The translations under genes were made by a program, and so were the position numbers. The notes under the pieces were generated by a model. The model searched no databases, was not told where the DNA came from, and saw only the letters and a list, made by a program, of their open reading frames with translations. This document shows positions 49,911-64,000 of a stretch of DNA of 64,000 nucleotides, one piece after another. Within the stretch, counting starts at the first letter, position 1. Every line of letters begins with the position of its first letter. Origin of the DNA: the human T2T-CHM13v2.0 reference genome, Homo sapiens; assembly GCF_009914755.1 (NCBI RefSeq), contig NC_060926.1; one strand, given 5' to 3'.

Positions 49911-52050
49911 AGAGAGCATATATTTGAATCATGCTTTTTATTCCTTCTACTAATATCTGCCCTTTAATTTGAAATTTAAGCCATATATATATAATGTAAT
50001 TAGTTGTAAGGTAGGCTCTACACCTACTATATTGCTATTTGTTTTCTGCAGTTATTATGGATTTTTGTTGTCACCTCTTCCTCCATTATTGTCCTATTTT
50101 ATGTTAGATAGATATTTTCTATTGTAACACTTTAATATTCTTATTTAATTTACTTTTTTTTAAGTTTTTTAGTTGTTGTCTTAGGGATTATAATTAACAA
50201 CTTAATTTACAGTAATCTAATTCAGGTTAATACCAACTTAATTGCAATAACATAAAAATGTATCTCCTCTATAGCTCCATTTTCTCTCTCCTTTAGAGTG
50301 TTATCACAAATTATATTCTATGACGTGCCCATTAACAAAGATTAATAATTGATTTATGTAGGTGTCTTTTAAATCAGATAAAAAAATTTAAAAACAAAAA
50401 ATATATTTATACTGTTTTATATTTACTTAAGAAGCTATTTTTGCTGGTGCCATTTAATTCTTTGTGTGAATTTAAATTACTTTCTAGTGTCCTTTCATTT
50501 CAGCTTGATGTACTCCTTTTGGCTTTCTTTCGGAGCAGGTCTGCAAGCAATAGACTATCTCAAGTTTTTTGTTTGTTGTTTTTTAAATCTGGGAATATCT
50601 TAATTTCTTCTTCATTTTTGAAGAATAGGTTTTTTTTATTTGAAATTTTTAGTTGACAAATTTTTGGTTTATTAGCACTGTAAATATTGTATCCCACTGC
50701 CATTTTCTGCCTGCGTTGTTCTGGTGAGTAATCAGCTGTTAATCTTATTGATCATACCTTGAATGAGATTAGTTCTTTCTCTCTTGCTGCTTTCAACATT
50801 GTCTGTCTCTTTTTGGTAGTTTCACTGTAGCGAGGCTAGGTATAGTTCCCTTGAATTTGTCCTATAAATGAGCTTAAAACTTTCAAAATCTGATTTTTAA
50901 GAAAGATACTAATCTACATTGGCTATTATATCTCAAATATTATTTTTGTTCCTTTTTCTCTCTTTTTTTCTAGAACTCCCATTATGCATAAGGTGGTACA
51001 TTTGATGGTATCCCACAGCTCCTGAAGCTCTGTTTATTTTTCTTCATTTATTTTTTCTTTAGATTCTCAGACTAGATCATCCTGATAGACCAATCTTCAA
51101 AGTCACTGATTCTTTTTTCTCTTAAATTCTGCTCTTCATCCCCTCCAGTGAATTTTTATTTCATTTATTGTAGTTTTATCTTCAGAATTTATATTTGATT
51201 CATTTTTATAAATTATGTCTTTATTGAGACTATTCATTTGGTGAGACATTGTTCTCTTACTTTGCTTCAGAACATGGTTTTGAGAATATGATTTCATTTA
51301 ACTTTTAAATATATTTTATGTAGCTGATTTAAAGCACAATAAGTCCTGTATCTCAGCCTTATCAGGGACAGTTTCTATTTTTTTTTTTTCTGAGCGTTGG
51401 ACATTTTTTAAAAAAATTTCTTTGCATGTCCTGTATTTTTTATTGTAATTAGATTTGGAATTTTGTTACACACACAAAAACATTTTAAATATTCTAAAAT
51501 GTGGCAACTCTGGAAATCAAGTCTGCTCCTCTTAAGAGTTTACTGTTGTTGCTCCTTGTTGTAGTAGTTGTTTGTTTACTGATTTCTCTAAACTACTAAT
51601 TCTATAAATTATTTATTCTTTGGCATATGTGGTCATTGAAGTCTCTAAATGGTTATTTAGGAATCATCTAAATAATAAGTAGACAGAAATTTCCTTAATT
51701 CTTGCAATCAATATGGAGCATGCCTTGAACACTCAGCCTGATGGTTTACAACTCTGCCTTAGCTTTCACTTACTGCTTGGGCAGAGTAGGCAGGTCATTC
51801 TGAAGTGAGAGCCTAAGGGTCTTCTCAGGTCTTTCATGCACATATCCAAAGGCCTACACATTCACTCATGTACCTAGATTCTCAAGAATATGACAGAACT
51901 TTTAAAAATAAACACCGCCTGGTGCAACCCTTTTATGATTTTCCAGAATTCTGAAAAAAATCTCCAACAACTCCTTAAGGTTTTTTTTTTAATCTATGTA
52001 GGGTTAAAGTTTCAACAGTTCTTTCTCCACTATTTTCACTGACATCAATC

Positions 52051-52133
52051 CATAGTTAACAATTCTTTATTTTAAAGATTTTGTTTCTAATTACTGTGTG
52101 AGTTTTATCTCCTAATTTCAATCTAACTAATAT
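52051..52133 (+). mobile_element. LTR41-like LTR 3' end
   Basis: tagttaacaattctttatt...aattactgtgtgagttttatctcct...ctaactaata. Confidence 0.6.
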
Positions 52134-55100
52134 GCTTGTGATACATTCTGTTATAAAATGATAACTGGAATTAATGAAAAACACCCAGTAATCTGAATAG
52201 GAGATAATAACTTTTTAACCCCTTAGCAATGGATTCAGTTGAAAGTTAATGATGCAGAAAGGTGTAGAATAGCCACAGTGACTCTTCAAGCTAAATTTAC
52301 GAAGACTCTGCAGTTTGGCTAACCAAAATAAACTCATCATTAGACAGAGGAAAAATGGTTCTTAGAAAACTAGACAATTTAGTTAGTAAGGTGCCTATCA
52401 TGGTCTTTTTCATGGCTATCTCCAGACTATATAAATCTTTTTAACATATTATCTTCATCTTAAAACAGACTGAGTCAATCTGTGTTCCTTGAAATTAAGT
52501 CAATCAAGAACAAAAGCTAAACACTGCTTATCTTTCTATAAGCTGAACAACGTGTCCGTTCTTTCTCCATGAACACCCCATCACCACCCAACACCACTCA
52601 TCAATGAGTTTGTATGTCTTTGCTTATGTTACTCTCCCATGTGGAAAATTCTATTACATTTTAATTGGAAAATCAAGTTTAGATGTAGAAATATTAAGTC
52701 AAAATCACAAATCACAATATAATCTTATACTTTTGGTGCTAACTTTATTTTCCTCATTAATTAAAAAGCCTATCTTGGATGATTGTTGTGATTAAATGAT
52801 GTTATCTGTGGAAAGTGATTGTTAGTATACTGAACACATTTGATGTTCTCCATAACTGTTAATGCAACACTGTTTCACCACTCTACCTGATCCAAGTCTT
52901 ATCCACATAGACCCAAATAAAGTTAATCTTCCATATGAAAGTTTAAATAACATATAATGTTCATGAAGGCCAAATAAAACTATATTGTTCAAAATTAAAT
53001 TAAACCACATTAACGGGCACAACCAATGTGTTCATTAATATGTTTTGAATTAATTCATTAATGAAATATTCCATACTACTTCAGATTTCAGTGATTCATT
53101 TCTGTCCATTATATTGTTAATATCGTTTAAGTGTACTAATTATTTTTCCTTTCCACATGAGGTCAGATAATATGTCTTCTCTCTTTTGCACCCTTAAAGT
53201 AGCTGGCCCAGTGTGGGGAAAGAAGAACTACTCAAAAAATGAATAGTAATTGAGTAAATATATTTTTACTTTATTAGAATAAAAATATTGGACTTAACAT
53301 AAAACATTTAATAAACCCATCTCTCTTTTCTGGACATATCCTGCACATAATATGACACTTTTTGCTTTGTAAAAGTTAAACTATAATTCAATTTTTTCCT
53401 TTATGTCATCTTTCTGTACCTCCTTCTGAACTTCTGACATTAGCTGTCACTCACTGTCAGGGAGCTAACTCTAAGCATCAACCAATCTTTAAGCTAAGGA
53501 TAAATGTGAGCTGAGTTGCACAGAGTAATGTCTCTCTACCTCTAAAAAGACTGTCTTTCCATGGCTTGCCCTTCAGAAGAAAGGAGATTCCTCTGAATGA
53601 ACACTGTTTGAACAGCCAACCCCATCTAGCATTTCAATTTTCAGTCCACTGATCATGTGAATGCCCATAGTCACAACAGAGAAACTAGTTATCTTGGCAT
53701 TTAAAATAGCACAGTAAAGAGCAAAGCAAAATTTCACATCCTAACTTCTCATAAGAGAGAGGAAAAATGGGAAGAGAAATAATTTTAAAGGAATACCTTA
53801 GGAGAAAGAGGAATTGGTGCAGAACTTGGGAAAATATCATCATTTTAAAGTATACAAAGTTTGATTATATGTAGCCTCAATAACATATTTTTCAGAATTG
53901 CCTGTGAAAGCCTGAAATTGATAAAGTATATGTTGAATACGTCTTTTTTATTTAGACAAGAAAAGCACAAGGCATAAATAAGTCGTTAGTCCTGAAAGTG
54001 ATTGATTATAGCAAAGGTTGTAAGAGACTGAATGAAATCCACATGCTACAGCTCCTCTGTGTTGTTTTCCCTTTGCATATTACACAACTGGTTCACATCC
54101 TCATCATTAGGATGCTGCTGCTAATCAGATACCTTTGGCCATCCCATTTGAAGTTTGTCTGAAAAACCAACCGCAATCACCTACAATAAAAACAAATCAT
54201 TAAACCACTTAACTTTTGGTTTGAGAATTTCATAATTTCCCCTTTACTGTTGAAAATCCCACCTGAATTGAGTAAATCTGGCTCACCTGGGCTAAAAGAA
54301 ACCATGGCGGTACACCTTCTCAGAAAAGAAGAAATTAGTGATTTTCTAGAATATTTCATTTGAGTCAAGTGAGGTGTGTTGAACAGTTAGCCAGACGCAG
54401 GAAGATTGATTTCAGTCTTGTCTGGTGAAAGTGAAATTAGATTAGTCTCCACCTGAGAACTTGGACCCCCAGCTGGATAAGAGGTTGAAGGAAAATTATA
54501 CAAGTCAGGATAATTAGTTTGTTTGTACATCTTGGGAAGCTGTCTCACACTTTACCTCACACGTCTTTTTATTGAAGAGATGCCCCTTGCTGTGTATTTC
54601 CCTCTGCAAAGTGAAAATACTTTTGCTTGATTTGCAATGGATCAAACAAGAACATTCAATTCTTCATTAACAGATGAACTAGTGCAGAAAACTAAGACTC
54701 CATCATGCTTTCTATGCATGTGGATGATCAAGAGTTTAGCCCTATCTTAATATGAGCAAGGTCAATCTGAAACATGGAGTACCCCCACAGGACAATATAA
54801 ATAAAATGAGGCTCTTGTGGGGAGAAAATAGGAATTTTCTAGCTGCAGAAAAATGACAGTACTTGGATTAATACAATATTTTAAACAGTAAGCTAATTAA
54901 GGCTTGGGTTATTTAATTTGCATTCAGCTCCCTGCAGTCTATCTGCCTTCCCAATGTCCACTCAAGTCTCCTCCAAGGCCTTGAATTGTATTAAGTTCTG
55001 CTGAGGACTTCATTTCTCTTGGCTTATGACTTCTATGACCAGCTGCCAAGGACGTGCTACATTTTCTAAATTTAGTGTACTCACTTTTATGGGCAACAAG

Positions 55101-55269
55101 TATAGACCATGACAGAGCTAGGTGGGAAAATGGTAGGGAGTTAAAGCGGAGGGGGAAAAGAGGAAGAGCAAATAGAAGTGTAGCACGAGAAAAAACAACT
55201 GAATAAAGAAGAGGAGGAGAGAGAAGAAAAATAAGAAACTTGGTATAACAGGGCAAAAAAAAAAAACAA

Positions 55270-55460
55270 CTAGCATTTGGATGAGTAGAATTTAGACTAA
55301 ATTAAACCACAGGCTCTCTGCTTCATAGCTTTTAGGAAACTTTAGAAATATAATTTAATATTGGTTTCCTCTTGCAAAATGTAGAGAGGATAGCACCTAC
55401 CTGACCAACCTCCTAAGACTGCTATAAGTCAAATGTGATCAAGTAGTGAAAGTAATCTAT
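55270..55460 (+). mobile_element. MIR SINE (degraded)
   Basis: ggtttcctcttgcaaaatgtagagaggatagcacctacctgaccaacctc. Confidence 0.55.
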
Positions 55461-57189
55461 CCTCCATAAAACATCATAAACACATATACTCCAAGTTTTA
55501 ACTTCTATCACATTCAAGCTCTCTATCATAAGGTTGAGACTTGATTCCAGTTCCATAATCAATGTGGGTGTAAAAAAACATGCTAATAAATAAATATACT
55601 CACAGTTAAATATAGAAGTGAATAAATTAATACAAAATAAGGTGGTGACAACTCCCAGGAAGGTTTCCTGGGAGTATATAGGAGGACTGAGGGGAGCTTA
55701 AGAAGATGTATTTCTGGAAGTTTACCATGATGAAGCCCATGATGTGTCTGCCTTCCTTGAAGGGACATCTCTCAATAAATGAATTTTAGGGTATAATTCT
55801 GATTCCCTTGAGTTAGAGACACAAACTGAAAGCCAATGGCACAATTTAATATGGAAATGACTATTTCAAAAATACCTGTAAAGTAAATGTGTAAGGAGCT
55901 ATGTGTTTATCCAGTTGACAGTCTCATTATTGATCTGCTTCATTCATTTATTGTGCATGCCTGAACTTCAAAAGTAATCATTTTTGGATCCCAGTGAGAG
56001 GAATATTCCAAATCACTGTACTCTTCAACTGATCTGAACTTCAAGTACTAGTGTGATAATTGCTCATATGTTTGACTGACAAAAAGTGAGAAGGCCTCAT
56101 AGCACATTCTGCCCAGCTCTCTGCTGCCACCTTGAACTTCACAGCTATACTCCTTCTCTCTTCAGTTTACAAATGGCCATTGAGAAAATGTAAGCACCTC
56201 CATTTGGTACAGGAGACTGAGAGAATACAAACAGCTTGGAGAAAGTTGTGGTGAGGAGGAAAGAACAGTATACCAAATCTTCTCCTTATTCTATACCCTC
56301 TTTTTCAGGAGTCCCAAACCTGAAAAAGTACATGATGGATTATCTATGGTTTAAAGGGAAAAGAGAATTATGTCTACACATCCCCTCTCCTCACAATCTT
56401 CTGTTCCAAGTTCTGTCTTGGGCTTAATATCTTGAAATTATAAGGCTTTTCAGAGCACATTTGTCTTTGTGCTCACAAACTTAAATAACTTAACAATAAA
56501 ATATGGTAAAATCATTAGAATTCCACTAATTTGGATTTGAAATAACCCTGGCACATATAGAGATAGAAATATCATTAAGTATATGCAGTTCTGAATTTAT
56601 TATGGTCTTATTGTCTGGGGAAACAATAATTTTAAAATAATTGGTATTTTCAAAATAATCAAAATGATTTTTAAAGATATTAAAGGCATAAAAAATCTTG
56701 TTATTTGCCTTTATTTTTTTATCTGGCAATTAGTTCTCCAACGTTAAAGTGTTTTTATATTTTGAATCCATTATTATGTGAAGGTGGTCTATTTCAACTT
56801 GTTATTTTCTCATTAACTTATCTCACCTTACTTATTAGTATACAAGTACATATGTGTTGTCTACTTGAAAATTACAAATTTTCATGTGTAAATAAATGTT
56901 CTAATTGGCAGCATTTTACTAGGCCATTCTAAGTTTCCCAGGTAATAAAGACACAAGTCTTCTGGTATATAATTTACTGGACTTATTGAGCACTGCCTTT
57001 ACTCCTTTATATCACAGGAAAATACTTTAGGTCATTTTTCCCCACTGTATTAGAGATAACAGCTGTGCAATTAAATTCTCACTGGTTCTTGAACAGGACT
57101 AAGAGTTTGACAACTCCATGGGTTTGCACAGCCTAATTCATGGGTCTAGAATACTCTTCCCAAACTCCTGACTCTTCCTGTAAAGTTGC

Positions 57190-57465
57190 GGCTATTTTTT
57201 CCCCTCCACTGCCAGCAACGTTTTATATGAAACCTTTCCTAACTCTCTGAGAAAAAGCTGTCACAACTCTGGTCATCTACCATATGTCTTTATTATAGTA
57301 GTTTGTATGGGTACTTATAATTATTTTTCCTATCTGTCACCCACAAAAACTGTGAGCTCACCAAGATCAAACATAGAATCTCATTGATCTTTTTAATCTA
57401 TGAAAAACAACAAAACAAAACTCGATAGTAGACTTTCAGGGACTACAATTCTGAGAATTTTTAAT
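57190..57465 (+). mobile_element. L2 3' fragment
   Basis: actgtgagctcaccaagatc...tagtagactttcagg. Confidence 0.45.
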
Positions 57466-59379
57466 GAACCCCAATTTTCTGTATCATTCATTACTCTAAA
57501 GTATAAGTCACTAGTGAGAATGAATGGTGCATTTTTATTTTGCATTAAAAAAGACTGTAAAAAAGAGTTCAAAAGTACTAGGGTGTTCTCATTAGTCCTT
57601 TAGGGAGTAGTTTTCTGAATTCTTCTAATGTCATCTCCACCACTGATAGCATTCAACAAAGAATTATTTGAAAAGACAGATTAGCAAGAATAATGGAAAC
57701 TGGAGGTCAGAAGTGAAATAGCTAGAGGAAAAATGTACTGCATATAACTCTTTCCAAAGGTGGTATGCTTAGGAGAAAAACCTTCTGAAGTGGCATGGTT
57801 TAGAAGAGACGCAGGAAATAACTTGTGACATGATAGATGATTGTGTTAGGAAGGAAAGACACTATGTGAGATAGTTCAGAGGTCAATCATAAATGATATA
57901 ACTCCTTCTATGAGCAAAATGAGGAAATAAATAAACCTCAGAATTCTGATAATTAGGTGTAAATCAACAGAGATTCCAGCCCTTAAATCACCAAAACCTT
58001 GTAAAAATTACTTAATATTTCTTTTTGGAGCATTAATTTTAGACACGAATGGCTAAAGTTGTTTGGACAGGCTGAAAACCCTGAGTTTCTCGACAGATTG
58101 CTACTGCAGAGTTTGTTTCTCATCACAGTCACACACATACACTCAAACACACTAACACATGCACATACCACTTCGGGTTTCCATCTCTTACTGTTGACGC
58201 TGTTTTCTTTGACTAGTCTCTCATTTTTTAATCAAAGTTAAAGTGGCACAGAAGTTCTGAAATTCAGCTTTCACAACCATTATAGAGATAAAAACACATA
58301 CACAGCTGGGCTGTCAAATTTCTCGAGAGGAATCTTTTATGCTTTGCAATGAAATGATGCTTGCTCTCCTCTCTCCCTTTTACTCCCACAGCTCACTGAT
58401 GGAAATTTTGACTGATTCTAGGGAGTCATATAATTGTATATTCACTATTTATCTATTCATTTGATAACCTAATCAGTCCTTGGGAAATGCTGACTTACTC
58501 ATCATCCTGTTATACTGACTATGTACGACAATCCAATGATCAAACTACATGATATATTTGAAATAAGAAATTCATTAATGCTGTTCTTGATCATGGTTCT
58601 TTACAAATATGATAAGCATCGCATCACATAGATAACTGGCTTTGAATTTTTAACTCTCAGCTTTTCTAAGATTTGTATAATTTATATTCAAAAATCTAGT
58701 GAGAAAGCATAAATCACTGACATTAAAAAAACTGAAAAAAAGACAAAAATTTGTCTAAAAGAGGAACCAGAAGCACAAATTAAAGGCAATTAAAGTACCT
58801 ACAGTGGAAACAAAGAATGATTTCAGTGGTAAATTTAAAAGACTAAAGGTTAATATTTAAAAACATGAAATATGAAATTTTAATTTCTCTGATAGGGTTT
58901 TGTAATAAACATTGAATTGGGAACATATAATTAAATATCAGTGAAGCTTTCAGAAACAATATATCATTTGTAATATAAGGCATGTTTGTATAAAGTATGA
59001 ACAATAGAGAAATTAAGCTATTGACACACAATGAAGGTCAATCAACATATGTTGAAAACAGTTGCATTTATATAAATGTTCTGTAAAAACACTTGAGATA
59101 ATCATTTCTAGAAGAATGAATTTTCAGCATATAATAACAGGCAATGATGCCTTAAGTGTTTAAAGCAATGGAATAATAAGATGAAAGGAAATCCTACATT
59201 CAAGAGATGAATTTCTTCACTCAAAAACTTAATTTGACAAGTGCTTCAGTCAAAGTAAACCTTTCTGATTGGTTATCTTGAATGGGAGTAGAAAGGAAAA
59301 GTGTAAGAAGAATGATGGATCAGCAGCTGTATGCCAGTAGTGGAGTCAGGATGCTACTTGTATCTTCAGACACTTCTTC

Positions 59380-59765
59380 CATCATTCCTTTTCCATGTTA
59401 TACTCCAGCCATATTATACGGGTTGTGGTTCACTGAACACGCCATGCTACTCTGTCTCCATGAGTTTTATATACTAGTTTATCTATTAATATCTGCCTTC
59501 CTCTCAGCTTTCCTTTGAATGGTTAGCATCTCTTTACTCTAATGCACACATCAGTCTCCATCTTTTACATTAACTTTCTCCTGGGATCCTGAGCATTTAG
59601 TTATTCCTTTCGTTGAGGTTTTTATCACACCACACTTCAATGTTTGGTTCATGTGCCCATCTCTCTTATTAGACTGATATTTTGGGTAGTAGATTCCATG
59701 CCTTTTCAAATGCCTACCCCAGACTCATTTAATGATATATATCCAAAAAATTGGTACACAAGAAA
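59380..59765 (+). mobile_element. L2 3' fragment
   Basis: ccatgttatactccagcc...cactgaacacgccatgct...tctcttattagactga. Confidence 0.6.
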
Positions 59766-60074
59766 ACCTCTGGGTGGTTTTCATTTTCGTGTGTCATCTC
59801 AGAGTCCCCAGAGCCAACCCTCAAGATCAGTGATTCGATCTATATCCTGCACCAAAATATCTGATCTCTGAAAACTACAGATTTTTTTAAAAGGTTGATC
59901 CAATAAAACACCCTAACTTTGAACTGATAATGTTTATTTCCAGTATTGTGGTATAGTGTGGTATGAAAACTAATAATCAAAATTAACAGTTACATCTTCC
60001 TTTTTAGCAGAAAAATAATAACAAGAGGATTCATTGTATGACAAGCTTTTTTCTAGGCCTCCTCACATACAAGA

Positions 60075-61000
60075 TCTCATTATTGAGCATATATTGCTAA
60101 ATTTTCCTCTAATCGTGCCACTGTCCCAGACACTTGGATTATATGTACAAGATATATGATGTCCTTGCCATCATGATGTTTACATTCACATGGACCAGAC
60201 ATATTTTAAGAAAGTATGCATATTTTTAAAAAATTTGTTATTGCTAAGTACCATTACGAACACAAAGCAAGGTTGGGTGATAGTCACTAAGAGCTTCTTT
60301 TTTCAAATAATGTAGCCAGGAAAGACTCTCTAGATGAGCTGATATTTGAAGACACCCAAATCTGAGAAGGGGCTATTAGAATGTATACATTAGTGAAGCA
60401 TATGCCAGGCTGAGCTAGCCAATGTCATGACCCCTGAAGAGGACATGAGCTCTCTGTGTTTGAGGGATAACAAAGAACAGAGTAACTAATACAATAACAT
60501 GGGAGAAGCAGGTAGGAGCCAGATCATGAAGAACCTTATAGATAATTATATGGCATTTGATAAAATATAATTCATATTTTTCAAAGTCCATTCCTGCTAT
60601 AGAGTGGAAAGCAGGATATATGGGGAAAAGGGAGGAAACAAGAAGATGATGAAGCTATTGCAGAACCAAAGAAAAGATGATGGAGGAGTGATGAAGATGA
60701 CAGAATTCAAGATATTTGAAAGATTATATTTGGTAGGTATAGCTAACCTGTTACTGAGTTGGATAGGTGGGGTAGTATTAAAAGTGTTAGGAAACCAAGA
60801 ATGACTCCTAAGGTTTGACCTGAGTAATTGGTTAAATGTGGTAATGTAAATTGAAATAAAAAACAAAGATAGAGAAGGTTGATGAGGAGGGCAAGGAACA
60901 GAGTAGCTTAGATGCTGGATGGATGATCAGTGCTAAATTACCAAGAATGATAATAGGAATAGTGGCAGAAAGGAAGAGATTAAATATTTGCTCATTATTG
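60075..61000 (-). mobile_element. L2 LINE
   Basis: attattgagcatatatt..., gtcccagacacttgg, ggagccagatcatgaagaaccttatag, aagaatgactcctaaggttt. Confidence 0.75.
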
Positions 61001-62034
61001 CAATTGGACAGCATATGACAGCAACAAGAAGGACTAGTGTATAGCAGAGTCCAATCTTAGACCCTTCAAAAAAGATGGGAATTTGAGGTACGAGGAAGAA
61101 AAATCATCAGAAAAAGGCATAGGGAGGCAGGGGCAATCCTATGCTACTAGCCCAATGGTAGATTGATGTACATCTTTGGAATAAATAAACAAAAACCTTT
61201 TCTATTTGAATGGGCTGTAGGAGAACCTGTGTCTTTAAGGGAGAGCCAGCATAAAGAGCATATTTTGAAAGTTAGTAGGGGAGTTTTCTGATGATGCTTG
61301 TGAGTTTCAAGGGGCACTATGAAAAGGTTTGGGAGTCAGCGAGGACTGAGAAATGGCATCAAATTAGGGAATGTACAAACTCATACGATGATAAAAAAAT
61401 TTGATTATAATAAATAGCCTGAGACACGTGAACTTTTGGCATGACCCAGAATGGCCACTATTTTTATTTTTAAAATATTAAAATATGTTAATATTTGATG
61501 AATAGTCATTACCCTGAGCTCTCACAGTGCCCTTCTCATAATCATGGTACTCTAGCCCCTTTTCCCAAGACTCTTGGCCTTTCTATGATCTAGAAACTAT
61601 AAACAGGTATCATGAAGCACAACAAGGGGCTTTCAGAATGCTCTCCACTGCAGTGTCTAGCATCTGTTTGCATTTGTCTGTACAGGATACTTATGTAATA
61701 AGTTGAATACCTTATTTTTTACATGGTATACTCAGAATGATGCCTGGGTGATAATTCAGGTGAATTGCAGTATGAGGAATGATGGGATTAGTCCTAATAT
61801 TCTAAAGAGAAGGAACAGTCTCATCTCATCATAGTATCTAGCAAAAGCTTGTTCTTGCAGTGACAGTGATGAGGATAAAAGTGTGACAAACAAGGGTAAG
61901 GGCACACTTGACAAAAGCATTTGAACAATTATATTTCTTCAGTGTATGGGATCACACTGAAAGGAGTCACACTGCACAAAAACTAAATTCCAGTAAATAA
62001 AGCAGCTTCATCTAGATGCTCAATGTCTACTGCC

Positions 62035-62190
62035 AGGACCCCAAAAACAGACGTTATTATTCCCATATTACACACAAAGATGCATATTTAAAGTTTGCCC
62101 CAAAGCATAGTTTACTAAGGGATGGATGGAGAATTCTAATCCAAGTCTTTCATATTCAAAAACCTATGCATTTTCTTCAACCTGTACCTG
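62035..62190 (-). mobile_element. MIR SINE
   Basis: ttattattcccatattacac...tttgccccaaagcatagtttactaagg...gaattctaatccaagtct. Confidence 0.6.
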
Positions 62191-63514
62191 CATGTGTGGA
62201 AACATAATATTGTAATGCCATTTTAATACTCACTACAAGTATAGAACTTAAAGGGACTTAAAAATACCAATGATGAAAATCTAGTAAATAGCGGTGCATG
62301 TTGCAGTCTCTGTGGCAGATAGATTGCAAACCGAAATTTGGGAACCAAAAGGAAGGGAAAAGAACTTTAATAAATTTTATAATACACATGAACATTCAAT
62401 ATGATAAACACAAAGATTTATTAGCATGCTATGAAATAGTCAAAACAGATTTTAGGAGCTCAGGTTGTGTTTTTCTTGTTCCTTTCCTTTTTTTTTTATA
62501 GGAGACACTTTTGAAATACATCCCGATTTTGCAATATATGCCTTTGCATTAAACAAATTACCTAAATACTGGGATACAGCACAAAATAGAAATTTTATTA
62601 ACTTTTTTTGCTGACTTGATTCAATTTGACATAAAATATTAAAAATGGTGAAAGCATCTGAATTAAATTCATGAAGAGATCCCAATACTTAAGTAGAGAG
62701 GTTTTTTTTTTTAATGCTCTAACTGCACATTCTACAAGTCAAAATAGGTCTTTGAGGACCTATAATGTGTTGATCTCCTTAAAGCTATTTCAAGAGACCA
62801 GAACTGTTTTATATAGGTAACTTGAAGTATTAGGTAAAGTGGATCCCCCAAAATGAAATTAAATGGATCAAGTGGAGATTGGCCAAGATAGTTTCTATGG
62901 GAGGTTCCATTTAATTCACAACACAACATGATTCTGAGCATGTCTTTATGGACTAATAAGAAACATTAGTTATGTAAAAGATAAATGCTTTTGTTATAGA
63001 TTTTATGAAAAGTTCTATTTCTCATAGACAAAATATGCTTTGAAACTCTAAGTCACATCAAACCTACAGTTCAATCCTTATTACACTGTGTATATATAAT
63101 AGCTATTCATGTTACAATTAACGCAAGGTATGCTTGAGACAGTCCTGGCGGGTGTCCGTTTTATTTAATCTGTGGTAATGATGCTCTATTTTGCTCTCAA
63201 AATTGTTCTGGTTTGCAAGATAAAGTACATGAATAATTCAATTGAAAATGATATGTGGACCACCTTGCCAATTACAAGGAAAAAACCAAATATTGAACAG
63301 GGAAACTAAGGTATCTCAAATGCCAAAAACAGAGCATCATCAAGAGTTTAATGTGATTCTTTTGAACATAATGTTACTTCCTAAAATAGAAGAAGGAAGC
63401 TTAAGTACGTAAGCATGCTCTTATCTTCCTTTCTTAAGGATGAAGTGATCTTCCACCTGCCCCATCCAACTGTATGCTTGATTTGTGGTAGGTGGTGTAT
63501 ATTAGTGATTGAGG

Positions 63515-63700
63515 TATGAACATCAGCGTCATGACAATCTAGGTTTAAATACAAACGTTGATATCCCACAGCTGTGTGAACTTGGACCCGTTAACCTTTC
63601 TAAGCATCACTTTCTCATCTGACAGTTGAGAATAGTATCTTCCCTCTAAAACTGCCTATAGATAGAATTCCATAAATGAGAGATAACACCATTTTAATAG
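63515..63700 (+). mobile_element. MIR SINE
   Basis: agctgtgtgaacttggac...aacctttctaagcatcactttctcatctg...aatagtatct. Confidence 0.75.
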
Positions 63701-64000
63701 TCACAGGCATCACCATTATTGTCAGCATCATCTGATTCCCTCCAACACTTACAAAACTGTTTTCTTATCACTTTTCTCTAAGTCAACTATTTTCCCATCA
63801 TATCTTGCTCTTTGGTTACTTTCTGTCTAAACCCAAACAAAGCAAACAGAAAAAAAAAACTAATCTAATGGACTTTAGTCATTCTCTATGACCAGCAAAA
63901 CAACTTTAGAAGACAGTCTTCCCTTATTCCTCCTTTTTCTCAATTTTTTATCCACTACAATTTGGTTTCCACTTTTTTCGCTACAATAAAACTGTCCTTC

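Larger units (their letters stand above)
45435..52050 (-). mobile_element. Long rearranged L1MB-like element inserted in the LTR; a younger L1 block occupies 47698-49910
   Basis: L1MB7/8-type 3' end (tacaattcaatagttctttagtatattcacaag...gcaaccattaatctacttt). ORF2 jumps at ~46105. Sequence resumes at ~49910 (agagagcatatatttgaatc). Confidence 0.8.

Noticed and set aside
49538-49912. 124-aa Cys-containing repeat protein
   Set aside because: The periodicity comes from the L1 5' tandem units; the ORF has a non-ATG start and no splice or coding support.
63125-63165. Possible MER94/hAT-Blackjack fragment
   Set aside because: The match is too short and loose to support.

Overview
AT-rich, repeat-dense primate genomic DNA. 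AluY/AluS copies and L1PA lineages point to human or another catarrhine, and the window looks intergenic or deep intronic. I find no recognisable protein-coding gene, RNA gene, CpG island or CRISPR-like array. The ORFs I can assign are decayed L1 ORF1/ORF2, Alu or ERVL pol translations, and the rest look like short chance ORFs. Roughly half or more of the window is interspersed repeats: L1 (L1PA/L1PB/L1M), nine Alus, MaLR/ERVL LTRs and internal fragments, hAT/Tigger fossils, L2 and MIR. Subfamily names come from recalled consensus sequences, not from a RepeatMasker run, and the boundaries of old elements are approximate. I found no convincing undescribed biological system. The most informative signals are rearrangement scars: a complex junction cluster at 46.3-49.9 kb (92-bp inverted templated copy plus an Alu-tail hairpin), a 134-bp triplication inside an L1, a twin-primed L1MA, an L1-L1 chimera, multi-level nested insertions, and an ERVL reverse transcriptase split by an L1.
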